Below are positions 54,185 through 64,000 of a DNA stretch of 64,000 nt, in pieces; the first letter of the stretch is position 1, and every line of letters starts with the position of its first letter. The DNA comes from a virus (Duplodnaviria > Caudoviricetes): the IMG/VR virus record IMGVR_UViG_3300033076_001247, positions 1 through 64,000 of that record. The stretch is one strand, 5' to 3'. The notes under the pieces are model-generated. The model ran no database searches. It was not told the origin of the DNA and saw only the letters and a program-made list of their open reading frames with translations. Both the position numbers and the translations under genes were made by a program.

Positions 54185-54961
54185 TTAGGTCAGGCGCACG
54201 CTCAGGCCGAGCTCGAGGAAGGCGTTCGTCGTGCCAATCGACTTGCCGATTCGCTGCTGCACCTCGCCGACGACAGACGGCGGAACGTCGGTGAATCCGC
54301 CGCCGACAGCGACGAACAGAGGGACGTTCTCGGGCAGGCCGACGAGCCCCTCAAAGGTTCCGTCGGTGCGGACGAGGTTGCTCGCCGCGCCCGTGTAGAG
54401 ACCGACGCACGGCATGGTCGCGGGGTCGCCAGCGTCGGCGACGACGAGCACGATCTCGTCGATGATGCCGACCGGCGTTCCGACGGGGATCGCAGGGTAC
54501 GGACCGCCCGGCGCAGGAACCGTGCCTCGGAGCTGCGCGGGCGCCGCGCTGCTGGCCGTGCCGCTGTAGACGCTCGGGGTGACGTACAGGGGAGAGGTCG
54601 GCACGATGGCCTCCAGGGCGCCGCTTGAGCGCAGCAGGACGATGTCGTAGCAGTAGCCGGTCGTGCGCCACGAGCCGGTCTGGTCACCCGGCAGCGAGAA
54701 GACGGCGAGGTTCGGTCCCTGTTCGGGGACGTTGACGCCCTGCACTGCGAGCAGCGGCGAGAGGTCTCGAGGCGACCGACGAACCGTCAGCGTCAACGTC
54801 GTGTCGAACAGGTCGACCGCTGTGCCCTGCTGGTCAACGACCGTGACGAGGATGTCGTTCGACATGCCGCCGACGATGGCGAGCCCCTGCCGAGAATCGA
54901 ACGGGACGCGAAGGCTCGGTCGGCCTCCCGAGCGAACGACGCCTGTCAGTTGCGAGAGCAT
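54185..54961 (-). CDS. BppU-like domain fused to a cement-like domain
   Basis: VDL...L.LTVR...YCYDI N-terminus; C-terminus similar to 53222..53779. Confidence 0.65.
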   Translation of the reverse strand: MLSQLTGVVRSGGRPSLRVPFDSRQGLAIVGGMSNDILVTVVDQQGTAVDLFDTTLTLTVRRSPRDLSPLLAVQGVNVPEQGPNLAVFSLPGDQTGSWRTTGYCYDIVLLRSSGALEAIVPTSPLYVTPSVYSGTASSAAPAQLRGTVPAPGGPYPAIPVGTPVGIIDEIVLVVADAGDPATMPCVGLYTGAASNLVRTDGTFEGLVGLPENVPLFVAVGGGFTDVPPSVVGEVQQRIGKSIGTTNAFLELGLSVRLT

Positions 54962-54970
54962 GACGACCTC

Positions 54971-57900
54971 TTAGGCGTTGTTGGCCTGGCTGAGTTGGCA
55001 CCAGAACGTGCCGTCGAAGACGAGCTCGAGCGTGGCGTACTGCGCGAGAGCGTGCGACGGGTTGGTCAACTTGAGACCGCTGCTGCCGCCTCGCGAGAAC
55101 GTCGTCGTCCCTGCGCCCACCTGAACGAATGCGATGCGCGAGCCAGCGTTGATCCCGGTCGTTTGGATTGTCGCGTTTGCCGTCCCGAGGTTGACCGCGC
55201 CCGCGTTGTTGAGCAGCACGGTCGGACAGTAGAAGGGGATCGTCGTTCCCGCGACTGGCGTGTAGCTCTTGCCGGGCTGAACGCTGCGACCCACCTCGAC
55301 CCAGTAAGTGCCATCGAAGATGAGCGTGATCGTATCGTACTTGAACAGGTAGATATTGCCGGTTGCGAGCTTGAGGTAGCTCGTTCCGCCCGCGTCTTGC
55401 GTGAGGTCGACATAGAAGGTCGAGTCCTCGTTCGCGAGAGTGACGATGGTGCCTGCCGTGATGCCGCTCGTCTGCAGCGTCGGCGAGGCGGTCATGTCTC
55501 GGTTCGCAGCCGGATTGAGGAAGATGGTCGGACCGTTGACTGGGATCGTCGTCGCGGCGGTCGGCGCGTAGGTCGTCGGCACGCCGACGTTACGCCCGTA
55601 GACAGAGACATCCTTGCCGCTGCGACCGACGCCAACCGACTGCGCGTTCGCCGTACCAACCGATACGACGCCGGCAGACGCGAGGCCGGTCGCAGCTCCG
55701 GCGTCCACTGTCGCGCCGCCCGACGTGGCACCGGCAGCCGATGCGGCCGCGCCGCGCACGATACCGTTACCAGCCGTCGTGCCTGTTCCGCCCTGTACGA
55801 TGGCGTCACCGCCCGCAAGGCTACCCGCGCCACCAACAAGCGATGCGGCGCCGCCCGAGCCATTGGGTGCAACAGTGCCCGCGCCACCGCTAACCGTCAT
55901 CGCGCCGGCCGCGAACGCCCCGACCGTATCGCCAGCCGCGAGCGTGAGGCCAGCTCCGGCGCCTGTCGATTCCAGGTCGACGACCATCGTCACGGTCGTT
56001 CCGACGCCCGGTGACTTCACGGGGATCTGGTTCGAACCGTTGGCCGCCAGGCCGTTCGGGTTCGGGTACGTCGAGCCCGTATAGCCGAGCACACCGCCGG
56101 CCGAGCCGGTCGGCGACGCGCTGTTCGATGTCGGTGCCCAGGCAGTGCCGTTCCAGCCGAGCACCTCGCCCGATGCCGGCGCCGTAGAGGCGACCGCGCG
56201 CCCCTGCAGCTTTGCCACCGTCGGAGAGGGCAGGTTGCCCGAGAGGTCGCCCCCCGCAATATCGCCCGTCATTCCGAGCAGCGTCACCGCCGAGCCGATG
56301 CCGCTCGACGTCCCGTACAGGTACGAGAGCTGCGCCGCCGTGACGATGTTCGTGCCAACAGAGCCCGAGCCGAAGATGGCCTTGCTCGCACCGTTGGCGA
56401 CGCCGAACAGGGTGTTCCAGACGAAGGCCGCGACCTGTCCAGCTGACCCATTCGTGACGCTGATGCCGTGCGAGCAGGAGGCGTAAGACAGCGTGACCGA
56501 CGAGTTCGACAGCGTCAGCTTGACGCCCGCGTAGCTGCCCGTGACCTCGATGCCGGGACCGATGGTCTGCGCGTCGAGGAGCAGCCGGTCGGCGAACAGC
56601 GAGGCGTCGTTGGCGACCGTGATGCCCTTGCCTGTCGAGCCGCTAGACACCGCCGACCCGAAGTAGAGCTGCGTGCTGCTGATGCGGACGTCGCCGTAGA
56701 GCACCTGCACGATGTCGGGGCCGGCGGTCTGCACCGTCACGACGCAATCGTTGAGCGTGATGCGTGGGCGGATAGCGTTCGAGGCGTCGATGACGACGGC
56801 CGCAGCGGCGGTCGCGTTCGAGACCGTCAGATAGCAGTCGGTGACGACGAGCGAGAACGCGCCCGAACTCGACACGTTGAGAGCCGGCGCATTGCCGGCC
56901 GACGGCGGCTCGACAAACAGACGGTCGAGGCCGATGACGTCATTGAACTTCTGCGTGGCCGCGTCGGGCGACACCGTGACCGAGCCGAGGATCTTCGTCG
57001 CCTGCGTTTCGGGCCGCGAGCCAGACCCGTGAAAGACGATGTTCCACTTCTCGATGATTAGGCTGCCGGTATACGATCCGGGACCAATCTCGACCGAGAC
57101 CCAGTCCGTCGGATAGTCGACGAGCGCGACGTCGTGCGCCTTCTGCGGTGTTGCGAACGGGTTCTCGATGCTGCCGTCGCCCGTAACGTCGGAGCCGCTC
57201 GTTGCGACCCAATACGTCTGCGCGTACAGGTTGGCCGGCACGATCTCGGCCGGCGCCGGTCCGACCATGAGGTCGAACGTGCTCGCACCGACCGCGCACA
57301 CGGTGCCGATCTGCCGCTTGATGGTGCCGGGCGTCAGCGCGATGCCTGCCGCGTCTGAGATATAGACCGGGTCGCCGATGGACGGCGCGGAGCCGAAGGG
57401 CACGCCCTGGAAGAGTCCCGTCGTCTGCACGGTGATGACGTCGTCGGCCGCGATGCTGCCGCCAAGGACGCTACCAGCGACGACTCCGTAGACGCCCTGC
57501 ACCTCGGCCGCGACGTTTGCATGCGCCTTTGACCAGGAGGCGACGACACGCTGTCCCGGCAGGGTATCGGCGAGCGTGTAGGTGTCGCCCGCGTAGACGA
57601 CATCGCCGACGACGAGCGACTCGCCCGCGACGCCCGGCAGGACGCCCGCGTCGGTGAACCGCGTCACCCGCTCGAGGATGGCGTCGACAGGGTTCGCCCA
57701 GCCGTCGTTCGCGCTGTTCTCGACCGTCTCGCCGATGGCCGGAATCCGGTCGCCCGTCTCGAGCTCGCGCACCGCCGCAATGAGCTGTTGCGTCGACTCG
57801 GTCGGCAGGCCGTCGTCGACGACGAGGCGCAGGAGGTACGAGCCTTCCTTCGACGCGGTAAACGAGGCGTCCTGCTGCGTCGGCGTGACGAGTGCGTCAG

Positions 57901-58042
57901 TCGCGCCCGCCGGCTGCGAGACGATGGCCCACTGGTAGGTCGTCGCCGTATCGACGCTGTGCAGCGTGACCGTCGAGCCCAGCGTGACGTTGTCGTCAGA
58001 GACGCCCGCCGCGCCGCCGTTGATCTGGATGATGGCTGCCAT
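54971..58042 (-). CDS. Tailspike/fibre (PKD-like, cement-like and beta-helix domains)
   Basis: GSYLLRLVVDDG; YWVATSGSD..GDGS..NPFAT; right-handed beta-helix-like repeats. Confidence 0.8.
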   Translation of the reverse strand: MAAIIQINGGAAGVSDDNVTLGSTVTLHSVDTATTYQWAIVSQPAGATDALVTPTQQDASFTASKEGSYLLRLVVDDGLPTESTQQLIAAVRELETGDRIPAIGETVENSANDGWANPVDAILERVTRFTDAGVLPGVAGESLVVGDVVYAGDTYTLADTLPGQRVVASWSKAHANVAAEVQGVYGVVAGSVLGGSIAADDVITVQTTGLFQGVPFGSAPSIGDPVYISDAAGIALTPGTIKRQIGTVCAVGASTFDLMVGPAPAEIVPANLYAQTYWVATSGSDVTGDGSIENPFATPQKAHDVALVDYPTDWVSVEIGPGSYTGSLIIEKWNIVFHGSGSRPETQATKILGSVTVSPDAATQKFNDVIGLDRLFVEPPSAGNAPALNVSSSGAFSLVVTDCYLTVSNATAAAAVVIDASNAIRPRITLNDCVVTVQTAGPDIVQVLYGDVRISSTQLYFGSAVSSGSTGKGITVANDASLFADRLLLDAQTIGPGIEVTGSYAGVKLTLSNSSVTLSYASCSHGISVTNGSAGQVAAFVWNTLFGVANGASKAIFGSGSVGTNIVTAAQLSYLYGTSSGIGSAVTLLGMTGDIAGGDLSGNLPSPTVAKLQGRAVASTAPASGEVLGWNGTAWAPTSNSASPTGSAGGVLGYTGSTYPNPNGLAANGSNQIPVKSPGVGTTVTMVVDLESTGAGAGLTLAAGDTVGAFAAGAMTVSGGAGTVAPNGSGGAASLVGGAGSLAGGDAIVQGGTGTTAGNGIVRGAAASAAGATSGGATVDAGAATGLASAGVVSVGTANAQSVGVGRSGKDVSVYGRNVGVPTTYAPTAATTIPVNGPTIFLNPAANRDMTASPTLQTSGITAGTIVTLANEDSTFYVDLTQDAGGTSYLKLATGNIYLFKYDTITLIFDGTYWVEVGRSVQPGKSYTPVAGTTIPFYCPTVLLNNAGAVNLGTANATIQTTGINAGSRIAFVQVGAGTTTFSRGGSSGLKLTNPSHALAQYATLELVFDGTFWCQLSQANNA

Positions 58043-58052
58043 GAGTGTCTCC

Positions 58053-59216
58053 TTAGAAAGCCTGCGCGTAGAGCGAGAGACGCACCGTCATCGGGGTTGA
58101 GAAGTTCTCGACCTCGGCCGTGGTGATCTCGATTCCCAAGGTCGTTGCGTTGCCGGCAATGACGGTGAACTTCGCGACCGTCGGTCCGATGAGCGCGTCG
58201 TAAGTGCCTGCCGCCTCGAAGATGGGCAGTGCCGAGGCCCGAGTGACCGTCGCATGGCTCTTGACGGCCGCAAGAAGGTAGGGCTGAAAGTCGGCAAGGC
58301 TTGCGTTATCGAGCACCGAGACGCCGCCCGCGACAAGACGAAACACGCTCGGATTGACGGCGCCCGACGAGACGTAGACCTCAAAGTATTTGACGCTGCC
58401 CGAGTAGACGGGGCGCACAACAGCATGCACGCCGTTGTTGCCGAAGTCGAATCCCTGCACCTCGGCGGGGTCTGTTGACCCGATACGAGCGTCGAACTCG
58501 AGGTTCATCGCCCGTCCACCGTGCGGAATGAGCACAGGTCGACGGTCCTCGATGTCGGAGTTTGCGAGGTTGGCGGAGCCGGCCGGAACGTAGATGCGGG
58601 CGATCTCAAGATAGCCGCTCGGGATAACAGGAACCGTCGGAGTCCCGCCGGTGGCCGTGCCAGTGATGACGCGCACGCCGGCGCCGAGCGGCGAGTTGAC
58701 CGGCGACGTGTCGAATGCGTTTTCAGTGAACTGCGTCGGCTTTGGCTGGAATGAGAACGTGCTTGATGTCGGATTGAGCAGGCCGATGTTCTCGATGTCG
58801 GTCGGCTCGTTGGGCGACTTGACGCACACGACGTCGATGCGATTGAGGCCAGCACCGAGGTCCGTCACGAGAAGCGAGATGCCCGCCACGCTCGGGTCGT
58901 CGGGCTCGCACACGACCGGCGAGTAGGCACCCGAGTTGACGCCGTTGGCGTCATCCTGCGCGTCCTGCGCGATGAAGCCGAGCCCCTTCTGGACGACGAC
59001 CTCGCGAGAAGTCGTGCTCGCGAAGCACCGGAAGCTGTTGCCGATGAAGCCGGTCTCAAAGGTGGGGTTGCCGCCCGGCGACGCCGAGTAGACCGCGCCC
59101 GCGAGGTAGCTTTGCGTGACCGAGTCGTAGAACGCCTGCAGGTTGAGGTCCGACGACAGCGGGCGCTGAAGCGGGTTGATGACTCGGCGCTGGAAGGGCG
59201 GGGTGATCGTCGGCAT
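58053..59216 (-). CDS. Baseplate/fibre-attachment protein
   Basis: RIDVV...P.VP.GY..IA.IYV motif; follows the baseplate genes. Confidence 0.65.
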   Translation of the reverse strand: MPTITPPFQRRVINPLQRPLSSDLNLQAFYDSVTQSYLAGAVYSASPGGNPTFETGFIGNSFRCFASTTSREVVVQKGLGFIAQDAQDDANGVNSGAYSPVVCEPDDPSVAGISLLVTDLGAGLNRIDVVCVKSPNEPTDIENIGLLNPTSSTFSFQPKPTQFTENAFDTSPVNSPLGAGVRVITGTATGGTPTVPVIPSGYLEIARIYVPAGSANLANSDIEDRRPVLIPHGGRAMNLEFDARIGSTDPAEVQGFDFGNNGVHAVVRPVYSGSVKYFEVYVSSGAVNPSVFRLVAGGVSVLDNASLADFQPYLLAAVKSHATVTRASALPIFEAAGTYDALIGPTVAKFTVIAGNATTLGIEITTAEVENFSTPMTVRLSLYAQAF

Positions 59217-60214
59217 CAGTTCGTCTCCCAGAGGACGTAGGCGGCGACGCCGGCAGCCTTAATGGCCGCGAGCTGGTCCGTGAAGCTGCCGTAGGTCGAG
59301 TCCGGTATCGGACCGGCCGAATCGAACAGCGACACAACGAACGCCTGCAGGTAGTTGCGGGGAAGGTAGCGGTTGCGCGAGGGCGGGAACGGGCGCGGGT
59401 CGTCGTAGACGAACGTGGCGCCGAGTTCGTTGATGTCCGCCGTCTGTCGACCGTAGGCCGTCTGGAAGTCGACCGCCCAGAGGTCGTGGTACTCGTAGGA
59501 CTGCGTCGGCGACGTGAAGATGCGGGCAAGCATCCGCTGAATCGCGCCCGGCGTGACGGTGTCTGGTAGCGTGCGGCAACGCAACCGGAACGCCTCGTCG
59601 CTCTCGCCAGGGTACTGCGTCAACCCACGGTCGTTGCCGAGCAACTCGAGGAACGGCGAGACACCGCCGTCGGTGCTGCCGTCGGCCGAGGCAGTGATCG
59701 TTGAGTCGGCGAACGGCGGGTCCATCGTCAGCGCGCCGACCGTCCAGGTTGTCGTGATGGGAACCGTCGTCACGCCCGCAACGACTGCCGTGTTCAGCCA
59801 GTAGGCGGCAACCGACGAGACGACCGGCACCGAGACCGCGAGGTCGGTCGCGCCGAAGGTGACGTCCTCGCTCGTGAAGTAGATGCGCCCGCTCGTCGCG
59901 ACGACCGCCGAGCCCGCCTTGACGTCGAAGACGCCCGTCGAGGTCGAGGCGCGGGTCAGCATCACCGTCGCCGTCGAGAGCTCGGCGGATGGCGCGGTCA
60001 AGAAGAACAGCCCGCACCCCAGCCGCTCGGCCGCCGCGCTGACGCGCGAGAGCGCCTGCGATGCCGCGAGGATGACCTCCCAGCCGGGAGCCCCCGGAGC
60101 GCCCGTGCCGGGCGGCTCCATCGGGTCGAGGTACTCGGGCGGCAGGAACCGGCGAAGCACCTCAACGAGCCGCTCCGGCGTGTCGGCGTTGACGGGGCAG
60201 GGAATCAGCGACAT
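59216..60214 (-). CDS. Baseplate wedge protein (gpI-like)
   Basis: LELLG..RGL...GESDE.FR.R...T..AI...L; ends AAGV. Confidence 0.7.
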   Translation of the reverse strand: MSLIPCPVNADTPERLVEVLRRFLPPEYLDPMEPPGTGAPGAPGWEVILAASQALSRVSAAAERLGCGLFFLTAPSAELSTATVMLTRASTSTGVFDVKAGSAVVATSGRIYFTSEDVTFGATDLAVSVPVVSSVAAYWLNTAVVAGVTTVPITTTWTVGALTMDPPFADSTITASADGSTDGGVSPFLELLGNDRGLTQYPGESDEAFRLRCRTLPDTVTPGAIQRMLARIFTSPTQSYEYHDLWAVDFQTAYGRQTADINELGATFVYDDPRPFPPSRNRYLPRNYLQAFVVSLFDSAGPIPDSTYGSFTDQLAAIKAAGVAAYVLWETN

Positions 60215-60217
60215 GCG

Positions 60218-61357
60218 CTACCCCGCCACTACGAGCTGAAGGTTCGTGCGAATGACCTGCAGTGGCGTCGGAACGACCGTCGCCGTCGGGAGCACCACCT
60301 CGTCGCCGACGAAGTAGAGGCCCGTGACGTTTGCGAGCGCCGCCTCGAGCGCGCCTACCGTGAGCTCGGCACCCGGAGCGAGCGCGTTGACGGTCTGCAC
60401 GCACACCGAGCGGGCCTGCAGTGAGACCGCCTCGGTGTCGTACCCTGCCTTGACTCGCAACCGCAGCGTCACCGGCTGAAGGACGACCTGCGCCACGACC
60501 GTAGCGACGTAGATGCCAGCCGCTCGAGCCTGGTCGACGGCGAGCGCGACCTGCGCCGCGAGCTGCTGCGACTGCGTCTCGTAGGCCGGCGGGACGGTCC
60601 CAAGGTTCGCGAGCGTGTCCGTGTACTGGTCGGTGACTGCGAGCGAGACGTAGCCCGTCTGCTGGCCGTAGGCGTCCACGTCCTCGAAGGCTGCCGCGTA
60701 CCGCACGCCGGGAACGCCTCGAGCCGCCTGCTCGATGGCCGCGAGGGTGCCACGCTGGACCGTCGTGAAGAACCGGCGAGCCCGCTCTCGGAGCTCGGCG
60801 TCGCTCTCGGGGTCCGCCGCACCCGCCGTCGCGAGGGCGTTCGTCACCGCGAGGTCGGCCACCGCGCCGGGGACCGGCGACAGGAGCGTATTGATCTCGC
60901 CCACGCCCGCCTGCTGCGTCGTGCCGGCGAGGACCGAGCGCACCGGGACCGAGACCGGCCCGTTGCTCCCGATGGTGAAGGTCGCCGGCTGCGTCGTCTC
61001 AAACTGCGTCCCGTCAGCCGTCACGAGCTTCGTCTGTACGGGGATGGCAAAGGTCGACGTCGCGCCGCTCGCCGAGGTGAACTGAACCGTGCCGAGTGCA
61101 GCCGCCGCAGGCTTGCGGACGAGGCCATAGCGGTCGAAGACCAGCCGGTCGAGGTTCAGCCCCGTCGCCGTGTCGAGGAACGACGCCGCCGCGACGTAGG
61201 AGACCTGCTGCGCCACCTCGTCGCCGACCGCCGCGATGCTTGCCACAAGCGCGTTCGCGTCCGAGCCGGGGCGGTCGACAGCCGTCAAGCGTGGGTTCGC
61301 CAGCAACAGTTGGTTGCGGGCGATGGAGAACAGGTCGGCGTAGGTAGGACGGTCCAC
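60218..61357 (-). CDS. Baseplate J-like protein
   Basis: GLNLDRL...RKPA..A.G; GAAD.ESD.ELR.R...GT..AI. Confidence 0.9.
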   Translation of the reverse strand: MDRPTYADLFSIARNQLLLANPRLTAVDRPGSDANALVASIAAVGDEVAQQVSYVAAASFLDTATGLNLDRLVFDRYGLVRKPAAAALGTVQFTSASGATSTFAIPVQTKLVTADGTQFETTQPATFTIGSNGPVSVPVRSVLAGTTQQAGVGEINTLLSPVPGAVADLAVTNALATAGAADPESDAELRERARRFFTTVQRGTLAAIEQAARGVPGVRYAAAFEDVDAYGQQTGYVSLAVTDQYTDTLANLGTVPPAYETQSQQLAAQVALAVDQARAAGIYVATVVAQVVLQPVTLRLRVKAGYDTEAVSLQARSVCVQTVNALAPGAELTVGALEAALANVTGLYFVGDEVVLPTATVVPTPLQVIRTNLQLVVAG

Positions 61358-61367
61358 GAGTCACCTC

Positions 61368-62198
61368 TTATGCCGCCGCGACCACCCGCGTTGCGACGTT
61401 CACGCTCGTTCCGCTCCGCAGCCGCGCTTGAATCTGGACGAGCACGATGCCGTCGCTCTGGAGCGACACGCGCACGCCCGCGTCGACGACCTCGGGCTCC
61501 TTGAGCACGTTCGCCTTGATGGTGTCGCGGATGACCGGAAGCTGGCCGGGCGAGATCAGCCCCTTGACCGGCAGGTCGAGCCCGTAGTCGGGCAGCCAAG
61601 TGAAGCCGCCCTTCGGGATGGTCAGCCGCCGGACGATCAACTTGCGAACCGTCTCCTCGACGGTGCCGAGTTGATAGTCGCCGTCGCTCCCGACCTGCAG
61701 CGTGCCGGAGACCTGGTTGTCCAAGACCTGCGGTTGGATGTTCCGCAGGTCGCCGGTCGTTCCCGGCTGCGCGACGAGTTGCGGCGCCTGCGCGCACCCG
61801 TCGAACGAGATGGCGGCGTCGGGCTGCACCGCGCCGACTGGATTCCGCAGGCCGACCGTCGAGACGGTCAGCGTGTCGGTCGCCGGCCCGAGCGGGAAGA
61901 GGGTGATCAGCCGGTAGGTCGTCGCGTTGACGTACTCGACGGAAGCCACGACGCGGTCGCTCGTTCCCGTGATGACGCCCTCGGCGTTGCGGACCGGCCC
62001 GACGATTGTCCACGACGCGGGGTTGAGCGCGTCGCCGGGGTACTGCGCCCCGAGGTGCTGCGGCTCGTAGTTGAGCTCCACGAGCACGATGCGGTCGCCC
62101 GCCGCGAACGCCCGCACAAAGTCGATGACGCCGACCGAGAGCCCGCCCCATTCGGACGTGCCCCACGCCTGATAGCCGTAGCCGGAGACCGTCATCAC
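61368..62198 (-). CDS. Baseplate wedge gpW/gp25-like protein with an extra N-terminal Ig-like domain
   Basis: C-terminal RRL.I.KG...W.PDYG; N-terminal beta-sandwich-like region. Confidence 0.7.
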   Translation of the reverse strand: MMTVSGYGYQAWGTSEWGGLSVGVIDFVRAFAAGDRIVLVELNYEPQHLGAQYPGDALNPASWTIVGPVRNAEGVITGTSDRVVASVEYVNATTYRLITLFPLGPATDTLTVSTVGLRNPVGAVQPDAAISFDGCAQAPQLVAQPGTTGDLRNIQPQVLDNQVSGTLQVGSDGDYQLGTVEETVRKLIVRRLTIPKGGFTWLPDYGLDLPVKGLISPGQLPVIRDTIKANVLKEPEVVDAGVRVSLQSDGIVLVQIQARLRSGTSVNVATRVVAAA

Positions 62199-62848
62199 TT
62201 CACCTCGGAGGTCGTCGAAAGAATGGCCGACGTCGGGCCGACAAGAACCGTCGGGTCAACGGAGAGTTGCATCGTGCTGGTAACGACGCCGGCCGCCGCC
62301 GACGTGTGCGTGTGGCCGTTCAGTTGGTCGACGATGCCGCCAAGGTAGCTCTTGAGGCTCTCGCCCTTCGCAACCGCCTCGGTGCCCGTCTCGCTGCCGA
62401 GGAAGACCTTGCCCGTGTCGACCGCGAGGATGACGTTTCCGCCGCCCTGCACCGTGAGCCGCAACGACTTGTCGGCCTCGACGACGAGGACGACGTCCTC
62501 GGGCGTCGCCTCTAGCCCCGCCGGCGGAACGTCGGCCGGCGACCAGAGCCGCTGCGTGATGACGAGCCCCTGCGCCGGGTCGCCGCCGGGAGCCGAGACG
62601 AGCACCTCGTCGTCGACCTTGACCGGCGCGTAGAAGCCAAAGCCCGAGCCCGCGTAGGCCGCGCCGAGCCGCGCCGTCTCCCGCCGCTTGGAAGGCATCA
62701 GCAGCACGTCGCAGAACACGCCCGCCGCCTCGTCGATGACGACCGACTGCACGATGGCGAGCGAGCACCACGACCTCGGGTCGATGCCAGGGCGCTGCAT
62801 GGCTCGCGAGAGCGCGTTGAGGTCGAGGCCGCTGGCTGCTCGTCGCAT
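62195..62848 (-). CDS. Baseplate spike (gpV/gp45-like)
   Basis: OB-fold segment G.GFYAP..V.DEVLV; C-terminal H.H (GHTHT). Confidence 0.8.
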   Translation of the reverse strand: MRRAASGLDLNALSRAMQRPGIDPRSWCSLAIVQSVVIDEAAGVFCDVLLMPSKRRETARLGAAYAGSGFGFYAPVKVDDEVLVSAPGGDPAQGLVITQRLWSPADVPPAGLEATPEDVVLVVEADKSLRLTVQGGGNVILAVDTGKVFLGSETGTEAVAKGESLKSYLGGIVDQLNGHTHTSAAAGVVTSTMQLSVDPTVLVGPTSAILSTTSEVK

Positions 62849-62857
62849 GGTCGCCTC

Positions 62858-64000
62858 CTACCTCTCGCTCGGGACTTCGACGGCCTGTAGCGGCGTCGGC
62901 ACGTTGCCGGTCGTGTTCGTCGTCGGAAGGCTCGTCGTCACCGCGAGGCCGGTCTTTGCCCGCGTCGCCTCGACGTAGTTCTCAAAGTCGCAGGTGATCT
63001 TGACGCCCGTCGTCACGCTGTAGTCGAACTTCACATGCTTGGCGCGGAAGATGGGCGCGAGAGCGGGAACGCCGCGCTCGGCCGACTGAACGATGGCCGC
63101 CGCCATGCGGGCGGGAATGCCTCGGCTCGTCATCTCGCGGATGCGCTCGGCCGCCGTCGTCGTCGCGTCTTTCTGCAGCGGAGAGACCGCCGGAGCCTGT
63201 CCGGTCGAGAGGCGCTCGTCGACCTGTATGCGGACCGCGTCGCCCGGCCGAAGCTTGAGCAGGTCGGCTTCAATATCCGGTCGGCCGTAGGTCGCGAGGT
63301 TGCACGTCTCAAAGGCACCCGACATCTCGCCGCGCCCGATCTCCTCGTAGACCGCCTTTGCCACCTCGAGGAGCTGTGCCTCGCTCTTGATGCCCGAGAC
63401 GGGAATGCGAATGACGTCGGTGTACCCGACGAGGCCGCTCGGCGAGATCTGGCCGACCTGCGGTCGCGTCGTCTGTCCTGGCGGGAGCGCCGCCTCGTGC
63501 GTCTTGACGGTCTTTCCCGTCTTCGTCGTGCCTCGGTTGTCCGGGTTGTTCGCGTCGAGGATGGTCGGTCCCCAGACGACCTCCTTCAGCCGAGCGTTGC
63601 CGCGTTGCGTGCTGTCGGTGTCGATGGACGTCACCATGACGGCGCGCCCCTTGAGTCCGTTCGCGCCTTGGAACCTGCGGTTGATCTCAAGACTGAGGAC
63701 GTCGCGCCCGTAGATCATCCCGCGAACGGTGCCGAGCTGCGACCAGTAGGACCGAGCCCGCCGGAGAATGAGCTTGTTCCCCGAGAAGTACGGCAGCACG
63801 CCGCAGAGGAAGCAGTAGTTGGTGATGAGATCCCAAAACGAGACCTCCTCGCCCGTCTTTGGCGTGCCCTTCGATTCCGTGCCCGTCGCGCCGAGGCGCA
63901 CGCGGGTCGAGCCGTCGGACGAATACGGGCTCGGCGGGATGCCGAAGAAGCCCTCGCCGGGAACCTTCCATTCGTCGGGGAAGTACCAGAGCGACAGGGT
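62858..64000 (-). CDS. Baseplate hub (gpD/gp44-like), runs off the right edge
   Basis: The frame stays open to 64000 (TLSLWYFPDEW...); sits upstream of the spike gene. Confidence 0.65.
   Translation of the reverse strand, partial: TLSLWYFPDEWKVPGEGFFGIPPSPYSSDGSTRVRLGATGTESKGTPKTGEEVSFWDLITNYCFLCGVLPYFSGNKLILRRARSYWSQLGTVRGMIYGRDVLSLEINRRFQGANGLKGRAVMVTSIDTDSTQRGNARLKEVVWGPTILDANNPDNRGTTKTGKTVKTHEAALPPGQTTRPQVGQISPSGLVGYTDVIRIPVSGIKSEAQLLEVAKAVYEEIGRGEMSGAFETCNLATYGRPDIEADLLKLRPGDAVRIQVDERLSTGQAPAVSPLQKDATTTAAERIREMTSRGIPARMAAAIVQSAERGVPALAPIFRAKHVKFDYSVTTGVKITCDFENYVEATRAKTGLAVTTSLPTTNTTGNVPTPLQAVEVPSER

Noticed and set aside
45187-58042. Diversity-generating retroelement acting on fibre genes
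   Set aside because: No reverse transcriptase or template/variable repeat pair was seen in this window.
1-64000. Lifestyle and host assignment
   Set aside because: No integrase, att site or host flank is in the window; high GC and an XRE gene are not enough to decide.

Overview
A very GC-rich stretch of a tailed dsDNA phage or prophage genome with a contractile tail (baseplate J, spike and hub genes). Both edges cut structural genes: the major capsid gene at the left and the baseplate hub gene at the right. There are three blocks. (1) 1-17958, minus strand: head and packaging genes (capsid, scaffold, gpF-like protein, portal, large terminase, Dam-type methylase, putative small terminase) plus a replication module (initiator and DnaC-like loader). 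(2) 18082-40094, plus strand: an XRE regulator, a split C5 methyltransferase, many small coupled ORFs, a Tad2-like anti-defence protein, thymidine kinase, RecT, exonuclease, SSB, HNH-AP2 endonuclease, ParB-like protein, a sigma factor and a lysozyme. (3) 40178-64000, mostly minus strand: beta clamp, SF2 helicase, resolvase (plus strand), membrane/lysis genes, many fibre/spike genes and the baseplate. I found no integrase, tRNA, CRISPR array or reverse transcriptase. The most unusual items are: a dual-frame C5 methyltransferase with a G10 tract at the frame junction and a QLELF clamp-binding-like motif; a terminase with two tandem ATPase domains; three conserved promoter-plus-hairpin cassettes; a mutually exclusive RNA stem switch; and tandem microproteins ending in KPF. 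All calls come from motif recognition by eye; no database searches were run.
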